A DNA stretch of 64,000 nt from Amoebophrya sp. A120 (lineage: Eukaryota > Protista > Dinoflagellata), in the NCBI GenBank assembly GCA_905178155.1, contig CAJINV010000001.1, positions 7,967,599 through 8,031,598 on the forward strand, given 5' to 3'. Both the position numbers and the translations under genes were made by a program. The notes beneath the pieces are model-generated. The model saw nothing but the letters and a program-made list of their open reading frames with translations, was not told where the DNA came from and searched no databases. Position 1 is the stretch's first letter, and every line of letters begins with the position of its first letter. Below, piece after piece: positions 35,752 to 46,689 of this stretch.

Positions 35752-36291
35752 TTCCGAGCGCTAATGATTGGCTGTAGTACTACTACCTTGCGGGTGGAAA
35801 CTCTGACTATCTAAGAATGTAGGATCTGTGCCTACCATTGCCGTGGATGGTGACTTTTTGAGGATTAGTGAAACCTAAACCATTTAGATTCATAACTGCT
35901 CCAGGCAGCTGGGGAGACTTTAGCTTTACCCAAACGAACACCAAAATGCAGAGACAATCACCAGCCAGCGGATAAAACTCTCTGTACCTGGGACAACCCT
36001 TTATTTTGTGACTCAGTTCGCCTCACTACAGTGCTCTACTTAATCCTCCCTTTGGGATTTTACTTTTCTTCCAAGTGCCACAACCCCTGGTGTGCAGAAG
36101 CGACTGAGTGGTCGCCTCTCCGTGATACTAGCTTTAACAGCGGGTCGTGCCGATGCATGAAGCCTGAATCAAGCACCGATCGCCGACATGAATAATTGAA
36201 TGAAGGCTCAACATCGATTTATAAATAAATCCGCTTAGATGAGGACTTCTGCCCCAGGGGATTCACGAACGACAACGCAGACTACGCGGAA
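35752..36291 (+). ncRNA. Candidate structured ncRNA (~540 nt) with nuclear RNase P RNA-like termini
   Basis: GGAAACTCTG (35796-35805, CR-I-like) and CAACGCAGACTAC (CR-V-like, ~36273-36285); P1-like TTCCGAGCG/CGCGGAA; P2-like CTAATG/CGCTTAG; P19-like hairpin 36240-36265; nested long-range stems. P4 pairing is imperfect. Confidence 0.4.
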
Positions 36292-36999
36292 ACGAGTGCA
36301 GATTTCTACTCGTTGATTTGTGGATTTTTATATGTGCTAAATGTTGACTCGAAAATAAATGAAAATTTGGGCTATCTTCCTTGTGAAGCGTGCTAATCGC
36401 TAATATAGATATAATTTGGATTGACGTGGATGAGGATGTGTAACAATCTAACACCCTGACTGCAAAGGGCTGCAAAATTTGACTGAGCAAACATATCATA
36501 AGTTACAGAGTCAATGTGTTGAGGATGAAGCAAACAAGCCGACCTAACTATGCAAATGGATTGGTTTGGTTGCAAGCACATACTTCTCTAATTGCGGCTG
36601 TCGAGGTGTTGTGGTCAGCGTTGTAGTGCAAGTGCCCTCGTGTTCGGATCATGGAAATCTCGAAGCTCGGCTCAGCAGATTGCAAGAAGGATCTCGCGAC
36701 CATGAAAAGGACAATGCTGATTTTCCGGCGAAGGCGAACAGGATTAGGTCTCACCCCAGAATGACCGCATCTATTTCCTCGCACTTCGGTCACGATCAGC
36801 GTCGCGCGCAAACACTGTTTGTTAATATCGAGCATTATTTTAAGATTTTATATTATTCGTCTCCGAGCACCAGTTCCAGTTGTATTAATTTCCTCTCCCA
36901 TCATGTTCATAGCGTCAAGTTTGCCTTTTCCTCCTGTTGCTTCCGCGTATTAATTTTGCATAAACTGATACGATTTTTCGACGACAATTTGCGAGAAGA

Positions 37000-39335
37000 T
37001 AGAAGCGATAGCTGTAGGCTGGGACAGTACGTAGCACGACTGCTGTGTTGCTATTTTCTGCGATGTTGGCGCTCACGTATATGACGAAAACTTGAATCTT
37101 TTTTCTTTTGAAACAAATCGATACGCCTGTTCCTCAAAGAGTATGAAATGCATGTGATTACTTCAAGTTTGCATGGTTCAGTAACTCGAGGCCATGAAGA
37201 TAGAATACACTGACTTTTTTAATATTTTCTGGGATTTTAACGCTCGCGCATACAACGAGAACGAGAAAGAGAAACTGTTTGAATCCACACAGTTCCCTGA
37301 TGGGTCGCAAGAAGAGGAGCATGCTGCATCATTTGCAATCCGCATGGTGCGATAGTGTCAGGCTGGGACAGGAGCGCTGCCTTTTGGCTACTTTGTGTGC
37401 TTTTGGCGCTCACGTATACAACGAGAAACTGAGTCTTTTTGAGTAGAAACGCTTTTTCCTTTAGTTACTAAAAGATTATCCAATTACTTTCCAGTCCGCG
37501 TGGCATAGTAACTCCAAAGCGTGAAAATAAGGAATATACTTTGGGCATTTTTCGATATTTTGACGCTCACGAACAGGACGAGAAATTGACTTTTTTTGAA
37601 TATTACACGTAGTTTGCTTACAACTCTCAAGAAAAGCATTTTGTTCTTTTGCAATCCGCATGGTGCGGGAGGCTTTGGGCTGGCACAGTTGCGCTATTTT
37701 TTTCGTATTTTCTGGGATTTTGACTGTCACGTACACGACGAGAAATTGACTTTTTTTGAATGGGCGTAGTTTGCTCACAACTCTCAAGGAAAACGGCATG
37801 CCTTTTTGCAATCCGCATGGCGCGATGGTTTTGGGCTGGCAAAGTTATGCCATTTTTTTGCTATTTTCTGTGGTTTTGACTGTCACGTACACGAAGGGAA
37901 ATTGACTTTTTTTGAAAACGCGCAATTTGATCACAACTCTGAAGTAAAACGTCGCGCCTTTTTGCAATCCGCATGGCGCGATGGTTTTGGGCTGGCAAAG
38001 TTATGCTATTTTTTTGCTATTTTCTGTGGTTTTGACTGTCACGTACACGAAGGGAAATTGAGTTTTTTTGAATACGCGCAATTTGCTCACAACTCTCAAG
38101 TAAAACGTCATGCCTTTTTGCAATCCGCATGGTACGATGGTTCTGGGCTGGCAGGCTTATGCTATTTTTTTGCTATTTTCTGTGGTTTTGACTGTCACGT
38201 ACACGAAGGGAAATTGACTTTTTTTGAATACGCGCAATTTGCTCACAACTCTCAAGTAAAACGGCGCGCCTTTTTGCAATCCGCATGGCGCGATGGTTTT
38301 GGGCTGGCAAAGTCATGCTATTTTTTTGCTCTTTTCTGTGGTTTTGACTGTCACGTACACGAAGGGAAATTGACTTTTTTTGAATACGCGCATTTTGCCC
38401 ACAACTCTCAAGTAAAACGTCATGCCTTTTTGCAATCCGCATGGTGCGATGGTTCTGGGCTGGCAAAGTCATGGTATTTTTTTGCTATTTTCTGTGGTTT
38501 TGACTGTCACGTACAGGAAGGGAAATTGACTTTTTTTGAATATGCGCAATTTGCTCACAACTCTCAAGTAAAACGTCACGCCTTTTTGCAATCCGCATGG
38601 CGCGATGGTTTTGGGCTGGCAAAGTCATGCTATTTTTTTGCTATTTTCTGTGGTTTTGACTGTCACGTACAGGAAGGGAAATTGACTTTTTTTGAATATG
38701 CGCAATTTGCTCACAACTCTCAAGTAAAACGTCACGCCTTTTTGCAATCCGCATGGCGCGATGGTTTTGGGCTGGCAAAGTCATGCTATTTTTTTGCTAT
38801 TTTCTGTGGTTTTGACTGTCACGTACAGGAAGGGAAATTGACTTTTTTTGAATATGCGCAATTTGCTCACAACTCTCAAGTAAAACGTCACGCCTTTTTG
38901 CAATCCGCATGGCGCGATGGTTTTGGGCTGGCAAAGTCATGCTATTTTTTTGCTATTTTCTGTGGTTTTGACTGTCACGTACAGGAAGGGAAATTGACTT
39001 TTTTTGAATATGCGCAATTTGCTCACAACTCTCAAGTAAAACGTCACGCCTTTTTGCAATCCGCATGGCGCGATGGTTTTGGGCTGGCAAAGTCATGCTA
39101 TTTTTTTGCTATTTTCTGTGGTTTTGACTGTCACGTACAGGAAGGGAAATTGACTTTTTTTGAATATGCGCAATTTGCACACAACTCTCAAGTAAAACGT
39201 CACGCCTTTTTGCAATCCGCGTGCTGCGATGGTTTTGGGCTGGCAAAGTTATGCTATTTTTTTGCTATTTTCTGTGGTTTTGACTGTCACGCACACGACG
39301 GGAAATCGACTTTTTTTGAATAGGCGTAGTTTGCT
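37000..39335. repeat. 156-bp tandem satellite: ~10 near-identical units (37800-39335) preceded by ~5 increasingly degenerate units
   Basis: Anchor GCAATCCGC recurs at 37808, 37964, 38120 ... 39212 (period exactly 156); degenerate anchors at 37651, ~37491 and 37335; rich in T-tracts. Confidence 0.95.
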
Positions 39336-39643
39336 GCCAATAGTTGTCTCGTCGTCTCTGATTGTCGTCGCAAATAGTCGGATCGATATCGTGAGTGTCT
39401 CGGAGAATTAAAATCGTGACTCGTTTATTCGTCTTGTCTTTTTATCGCAGCCAATCGTTATAATGCCAGCGTGTTTGTTAAAGAATCACAATGAATGATG
39501 TTCATGATGAAATGGAATTGCTTCTTGGTGGGAAGATGTCTTCTCATTGGATGCAGTAGACTGAAGTCGTCTAAGCAATACGATAGCGTCTCCAACCACG
39601 ACGCATAGCTGTCAAAAATCAAGTATTTGTGTTACCTTACGCC

Positions 39644-39712
39644 CATCTGAAAACTCTTGTAAATCTAAAACTGGTGAAAGTGAAAAATCCTGTGGAAATT
39701 GTTTGAATCGAG
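39644..39712 (+). promoter_or_regulatory. Shared upstream/5'-UTR element, copy 2 (homologous to 23983-24051)
   Basis: CATCTGAAAACTCTTGTAAATCTAAAACT begins exactly 69 nt before ATG 39713 and ends in ATCGAG before the ATG. Confidence 0.45.
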
Positions 39713-42700
39713 ATGATGGATTCTACCAAACTTTCACCGCTGCGCGTTGGCCCGGACGCGGACGCCGCAGCGTCCCCAAAAACTCCCCGCCCCGGAAAAA
39801 AGCAGCAGTCCTGTGGCCGTCGTTGGTGTGATGTGGTCTCGGTGTTGCTCATCGTGCTACTCACCATGGCCTTGGTTGCCTGGTTTGCCCTTCCGGCTGA
39901 CGCCGGCCTCTATTCGAGGTTTGAGTTTCTTCCCGACCACGTCTCGCCGCCGACCTGGATCGCGTCGCAGAGTTTCGTGCGCACCTTCCTGAGCGACACA
40001 GGAGACGCGGTGGATGAGGCGGATGATGAGGATGCGACGGGCGATTTCGCATTCGCAAGCAGCTTTTCTCCCGCTCCTGAAGGTGAAAACGAGGCGAATT
40101 CTTCTACGACTGGAACTATCATCAGCGGAGCAGATGAAAAACAAAAAGACGAAGATACTTCATTTACTCCACCGTCTCTCAGTGCAGCAACTTCACCTCC
40201 GACCCTTCTGACGCGGTCGGAGGTGTTTGCGGCCAGGAGGAAGAAACTGCGAGATCGCCGAGCTAGCAGACGGGAGCAGGCAGGACGGAAAGGACGAAGA
40301 AGAACTACTTCTAGGAGAAAACCTGGCACACTCACACCAGCAACTTCCCCGGAAGACGAAACTGATGGAACCAACGAAGTTTCTACAACTGGAGAAGTTG
40401 CTAATGCTGCTGTACCTACTGCAACGGCGAAACACAAACATCAAGCTGAAAATCAAATGCAAAACACTAAGACATCACTCGTGCCTGCAAAAGTGAAACG
40501 GAACCTGCGAGGGCTAGCGTCAGGCGCTACAACTCCTCCAAGCGCTATCCCTACCGAAAATGCCTTTTCCGCAGTGGACATGGCTCCGAACGGAAAGCTT
40601 CTCGAGACTGAGCCAAGCAGTTTCCTGGATCTGGAACCGGAGCCGAAAGCAAAAGCAGCCGGAAATGCGGCCCAACAAGCCGTGCCCGCAGGAGGTGGCC
40701 AAGAACAAGATCCATCAGAGCGCTGGAAACCGCTGATGACAAAGAAGGGCACCTACAGGCTCACGGAACAGGCGTTAGACCACGCTCAATTTCACGGGGT
40801 CGAGGGCGACGTGACCACGATCAGCGTCACCGCGGAGGCGAATGTGGACCGAACCGAGTTGAAGCCGGGGGGTGACTTGTTCCACATCCTGTGCAAAAAG
40901 CAAATCGGCGGCAAGTGGACGCCGCAGAACTACAACCTCCAGGAGTACAAAGGCGAGCGCGCAGCGCTGTTTGAGCAGTGGCAGAGGGAGAATAAGTATA
41001 GCGACGTGTACTTCTGCAATGCGCAACTGACCTGGCTGTACGTCACGGAAGACGCGGGCGGCAAGATCCAGTACGAGTTCGTGAACGCCAATCTCGGGCG
41101 GCACGTGCTCGGCGACAAGCAGCCGGGCGCGGAGAATCTGCGGCTCGTGACGGAGCTGCCCCGGGACATCGAGGCCAACATCAAGGACTACGCCCAAGGT
41201 CTCCCGAAAAAGCCCGAGGACCAGCTCGTGGCGCTGGTACAGAATTACCAGAAAGAAACGAATGGGGAGACGGACGACGGCGAGTACGCGATCCCGCAGG
41301 CGGACCAGGTGTGGTCTTTCGTTGTGCCAACGGTGACACAGGACAAGATTGTGTTCGCCGAGGACCCGAAACGGAAATCCATACGGGTGGAAACAGAATC
41401 GAATGCCTCGTATGAGACGGTACAGGAAGCGGTTTTGTTGTTTCGGTGTTGCTGGTTCAACTTCTAGATCTAGAAACTCATTTCTGTTTTCCCGGATGGT
41501 GTCTGTGTGAGTGACACTCTATCCATCGCTGCTGTGGTAACTAGAAGAGGCAACATATCATGAAAATCAATCCGGAACATACAATATGTATACAATTCTG
41601 AGGTTTGGGCGGACAACGCATGGATACAGGGGGAGTACGCGGACGCTTGCGGGCAGCTGAGTAAACTCGGCACGCTGGCCTCCTCTCCGGAAGCGGGCAT
41701 CAAGGCATTTAGTCCCGCACTCGCGACGGTGGCCAAAGTTTCTGACCACTTCTGTAAGCAGGGGGGGATCGACGGCATTTACATCAATCAGAAAACGGAC
41801 AACCCCTACGCGGACGGGTACGGAACCATCCTGCTGGAAGTCTCCGGAAATGGGAAACGAATGCTGTTCTCCTACCAAGACACGGAGTCGACGGAGGGCG
41901 ACGAGGTCGGATTGCTCCTCTTCGCGGAGCAACCAGAGACGAAAGTACAAATGTTGTGACTCGTTCTTGCTCCGTGTAAAATCAATGTTTCACCAGTAGA
42001 GATCTTCCACTTCTCCGCAGTCTTTATGTACTTCGTCGTAATGTATGAGACCACAACTTTGATGAAGATAATGATCTTCACTAAACACAACACAGATGTA
42101 CAGCCTTGCTATGCTGTACAACGGAGAGCCGGACGTTGACGAGGACGAAGCTGCGCACAACGCCCACATCGGGGTCGGAAAGTTGTCGGAAATGACGAGG
42201 AAAGAGAAAATTAACAAGTACTCGGTGGTATCAAATGCAAAAATGTCTGGGTCTGGAAGAATGCATGTTTGTCATGCTTGTCTGGCATGACTCTTAAATC
42301 TGCCATGCATGTTACCCAAGAGGTCCGTTTTTCTGTGATGCAGAGACGCAGTTTGTCATGCAGAATAGGCAACACCTAGAAGCTCAGAAACTTGCCATGC
42401 TGAGCCAGCACTTGTGGCCTCATCATGAGACGCCACCCAGCATCACAAGTTTACAGACCCAGACATTTTTGCATTTGATAGGTGGTCTTCGAGCAGGTGA
42501 ACGACGCGGAAATCGACGCGGACGACGAGGCGTTCAGCAGTTCTTCCTTTCTGGAACTGCAACAAACCTCTGCGGGAGCGACCCCATCATCGTCTACCGC
42601 GGCATCCAGTTCCAGCAGCGCGCGGGCCCTTGCGGGCGCGGCGGGCTCAGCCTTCGGCTCAGCGGCGTCGAAGGCGTGGGAAAACGCGCCGGATCGGAAC

Positions 42701-42988
42701 CAGGTGGCGAGCGGCTTAAGCACAGCCGTGAGCACGGTCTCCGACAAGGCGGGCGAGGTGGCGCAATTTGTCGGTGCGGGCGACGCCTGGGACAAGTACG
42801 GCGGTCGCGTCATGAGGATGCTGCTGTTCGGCGGAATCGGATTGCTCGTACTGTTAAGCGCGTGGCTCGTTGTGGTTCACGTCCTGGTGCCGATCTTACT
42901 GTCCCCCGTTTTCATCCTCTCCGTGCTCCAGCTCGTCTTTCCACCTTTGGCGCCCCTGCTCGAACCGGTCAAGCCGCTGCTGCGGTGA
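39713..42988 (+). CDS. Hypothetical membrane protein (N-terminal TM anchor, C-terminal TM segments), exons 39713-41419, 41603-41944, 42096-42224, 42482-42988
   Basis: In-frame GT-AG introns 41420-41602 and 41945-42095; third intron is a TIR element; TM segments VVSVLLIVLLTMALVAWFAL and LLFGGIGLLVLLSAWLVVVHVLVPILLSPVFIL. Confidence 0.75.
42229..42480. mobile_element. TIR element / introner, family A copy 2 (252 bp), reverse orientation relative to copy 1
   Basis: TIR TATCAAATGCAAAAATGTCTGGGTCTG; TSD GGTGG at 42224-42228 and 42481-42485; reverse complement aligns to 1359-1610 without gaps (~22 mismatches by hand); removal gives KYSV-VFEQ in frame. Confidence 0.93.
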
Positions 42989-43737
42989 GGAAAAAGGAAA
43001 TGTGTGCGTTGTAACACTTCTATTACTTACTTGTTTGCAGGAGACGAGGAGGTCTACGCAAACTCAAAAAAATGTACAAACGAATTCTAGCGAGTTTCAA
43101 AGAACAAATGTCTGTAAATGTACCCTGTTATCACGTCTCTAAGCTCCTGTTTACCTTTATCTGTAAGCTTCGTTCAAAGCTTCAAACCTGATTGCGGTAT
43201 ATAATGAACCAAAAAAACGAAACCCACCCCGAAGTTGCAAAGTTGTCTATGTACAAGTGCCTAGAAGTAACTAATTGAATTTGAAATGGATAAAGATTTG
43301 TGGCCCAATTTGCGACTCCAATGAAGTGTACCGAAAGGGAAAAGTCAATCCTGGAAATTCCTTAAGAAGCCGCGGTTTTGCTTTTGCGCCCTTCGCCTGA
43401 CTTGTGCGCGGTGCATTTAAGCAGTGGGTGGACGTTTGTTTCCATTCTTCGTTGGTTTCTTTTTCTTACACGCCTTTTTTGTGAGTGAGCCACAGCCGAT
43501 TACGGAGCGCAAAAAATCAATGTGGTGTGGGTGCGGCACATCAAGCAAATTTTTCCTACCGATGGGATCGCCTGCCAAATGTTTTGATCATTATAAAGAC
43601 GTTTATTTCCAAGAACTCTCTTCTCAAACTGGAAACCGACTTGTTGCGTGAAGAAGGACCATATCGCAATCAACAGTCAGCACGCAGCTGAAAACAAGCT
43701 TGTAGGATTTACCAAGGTGCAAGCCTTATCCAGAAAG

Positions 43738-46689
43738 ATGCAGGAAGTCGTCGTTGTCGTTGACCCGTATTCCAGCGGGAAATACCTGGTCCAGGAACTG
43801 AAGGACCAGAGCTGGCCGATGGTGGCCATCCAGAGCTCCATGGAACTGGCTCCCTTCTGGCTGCAGCAGCTGGAGTCGCAGTACTTCGTCGAGTGCATCG
43901 TGCACGAAAGTCTCGAGAAGACCCTGGAACAGCTCGCGAAGTACAAAGTCAAGGCAGTCACGCCGGGAAGTATAATACTGTTCTTTGCACATAAAAATTT
44001 TTGGCAAAGTTTTTCCGGATTCATTTTCGCGTGTCGCGGTAGAAGTTGCACGTGAGAAAGAGTCTCGAAAAGATCACAAAAAACAATCCAAAAACGTAAA
44101 ATGCGCAGGTGAACCCGGCGTTTTTCTTTCCGAAGACCTGCAGGAAGGACTTGGCTTGACGGAAGTTAACGGTTCTGAGACCAAGATGTGGCGGCGACAC
44201 AAATTCAACATGCAGGAGCGGCTGCGCGAGGTGGGCGTGCGAGCCATCCGTCAGATCTACGCGAAAGACGCAGAGGAGGCGCTCGAATGGCAAGTGGACA
44301 AAAACAAAGGGTTGTGGCCGATTATCGTGAAGCCAGGTACAATTAGGAAGTTTTTGCGTTGTCGTGTAGTGACGAAGCAAATAAAATCTTGATGAAAAGT
44401 GGAGCAGTGATTTAGTAGAGTTCTCGATCGATAGTGTTGAAAAACAGCCATGTCTGGCGGAACCGATGGCGTGTACTGGTGCCACTGTCCCGAGGACGTG
44501 AAGGCGGCCTTCGAAGCCGAGTGCGGCAAGGTCAACGTGAACGGCGAACTGAACGACTGCCTCTTGGCGCAGGAGTTTTTGGACGGGACGGAATACATTG
44601 TTGACTGCGTCTCCCACGACTCGAAGCACGTGCTCTGCGGTATCTGGCAATACAAGAAGGTGCACGACACGAAGACGAAGTCCATTTCCTACCACCACGG
44701 ACGCATGATTGCCTCCACGGGGGAGGTGCAGGATCAGCTTGTTGAGTACTACAAAGCTTGAATTTGGACGACGAGAGTTTATTTTACAGCAGAGAACAAA
44801 AATTTTGTTGTTGTTCACTGCTGTTTGCGGGGGCATTTCATCGGCTAAAATAAAGTGCTCTTGGCTCATGTCATGATACATGTATGTTGGTTGATCTACT
44901 TGATGTTGATTTGCAAAGAACATTCCCATCCCCGAAATAAAGGTACATGTTCCAGTGCCTGGACGCGCTGGACATCAAGTACGGGGCGTCCCACGGTGAG
45001 GTTATCATGACCGTCGATGGACCGTGCCTCGTCGAGGTCGGTGCGCGCATGCAGGGGCTGAAAGGCCCGATGCTGACGGGCATGGCAACCGGGGTGTCGG
45101 TGCAGGAGCTTGTGGCAGACGTCCTGGTGAACGGCGCGCGCTTGCATTCCGTGCTGCACTCCCAGAACTTCCGCTACGTGCAGAAGAAGTTCTGCGCCCA
45201 GTGCATGTTCCACAACCCGCGGACGGAAGGTATTTTTTAGGGGTCGTGCTGTTGTTCTTTGTGATATGTTGCCTGTTGTCCTCGTCCGCTTCAGTGCTTT
45301 TTTTTTATGACAGAAGTACGAATGTCTGTGTCAATCGTTGCCGGCATTATTTGCATGAATGATGTAGTTCTGCGAACTGTTACTCTGTACAGGTACCCTT
45401 TCGCGCCCAATCGACGCGGAGGGGTGGGTCCGTGACTTGCGCAGCTGCATCGGCGTTTTTCCCACGATCAAGGTGGGCGAGCAGTTGGTGCCAACGCGGG
45501 ACCTCGCGTCCTCCCCGGGGGCGTTTCTCCTTATCCATGCCAACGAACAAGTGGTCACCGACGACGAGGCCGCCGTGCGGAAAATGGAATGTATGGAAAT
45601 GATGTGTTTCAGCTTTTTTTCGATTTTTACCTGGTGTAGCAACATTCATATCTGCTCGTCTGCCGCGTGTGTGTGGTACTTGCCTACGACGTTTTAATAT
45701 CAAAAGGCTGATGCATGATCATGGCGCCTTCGAAAATTTCAACAATTTCAGCAAAAAATAACAGCGGAGGACCTGTTCGTGGTGAACGCCCCAGAGACCC
45801 CCGTGGACCAAATGATCCCGAGTCCGGGCAGGAAATTGTCGCACCACGTCTCGCCCTACGTGGTCAGCCCACGGCAGGAGTTCTGCCGCGACACCGCGGA
45901 CGACGCATTCGACGCCAACCTGCACGAATTGGAGCTCAACTTCGAGTATCAAACGTAAAAATGTCTGGGTCTGGAAGAGTCATGCTGTTTTTGCATGACA
46001 CAGAAGGTCTCGCATGGAAGCTCTAGCATCACAGGTTTCGAGAAGCTTCCGCAATGCCTAATCCGCATGACAAATGCCCCACTTTGGTGACAGAAAGTGG
46101 GCAGCTTTTGCTACCTATGCATGAGAGATTTTTTTTGTGTTCTGAAATGCGCATCACAAGTCTGTATTCTTCCAGACCCAGACATATTTGCAATGCATAT
46201 CGAGGACGCTGCGGACCCGCTGAACGACACGAAGGTGGATATCCTGAGTAAAAACGTCCCCACCCCAGAGTTGTGATGCAGATCTGCAAGCACAAGAGCG
46301 TTTGTAATGCGCGCTCCCATGAGGGGCATTCACAATCGTGTTGTGGAACTTGTAATGCTGCAAACAGCATAAGGAGATCGATTTGTTATGCGGCTTCCCT
46401 TGCTACACTGCACTACACTACAGCCTGCAATTTGTCATGCGTGGTTCCCAAAACTGCAAGGGTTGTGTTGCAAAATCCCCATCCTGACTCTGGGGTGGGG
46501 ACGTTTTTACACAGGATAGTGGAGGCCCGGATTTCCCGCCACTCCAACGTGTCCGGCCGGGACTCGCGGGGGCCGTCGGTGGTCTCCGGCCGGGTCAGCG
46601 GGGGGTTGCTGGCCAGTCCCGAGAAACAAGCCAAAATCTCCGTCACCAGCAACAGCTTCGCGGACTCCCCCGCCCTGGTCGGTGCATAA
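43738..46689 (+). CDS. ATP-grasp peptide/L-amino-acid ligase-like protein (DdaF/NikS-type) with a low-complexity C-terminal tail; 8 exons
   Basis: VVVDPYSSG, PGSEPGV, RRHKFNMQERL, WPIIVKPAMSGGTDGV, AQEFLDGTEYIVD, GASHGEVI, LVEVGARMQG, TRDLASSPG. GT-AG introns 43970-44108, 44337-44447, 44746-44942, 45230-45392 and 45591-45764, plus two TIR-element introns. Confidence 0.85.
45947..46199. mobile_element. TIR element / introner, family A copy 3 (253 bp, more diverged, same orientation as copy 1)
   Basis: Left TATCAAACGTAAAAATGTCTGGGTCTGGAAGA, right TCTTCCAGACCCAGACATATTTGCAATGCATA; TSD TCGAG at 45942-45946 and 46200-46204; removal gives LNFE-DAAD in frame. Confidence 0.9.
46240..46518. mobile_element. 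TIR element / introner, family B (279 bp)
   Basis: TIR TATCCTGAGTAAAAACGTCCCCACCCCAGAGT / ACTCTGGGGTGGGGACGTTTTTACACAGGATA (1 mismatch); TSD GTGGA at 46235-46239 and 46519-46523; removal gives TKVE-ARIS in frame. Confidence 0.92.

Noticed and set aside
35788-36330. Group I intron-like words (TTGCGGG, AATCCGC, CAGACTA)
   Set aside because: No S element or TAGTC to form P7, and no host exon context.
37806-39323. 505-aa repeat ORF in the satellite, and a possible CRISPR array
   Set aside because: The ORF follows from a stop-free 156-bp unit divisible by 3, starts at TTG, and flanking degenerate units have indels. There are no unique spacers or cas genes, so it is not CRISPR.
44746-45392. Short direct repeats at intron boundaries (GTAC, AGGTA)
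   Set aside because: No TIRs; explained by ordinary AG|GT splice-site context.
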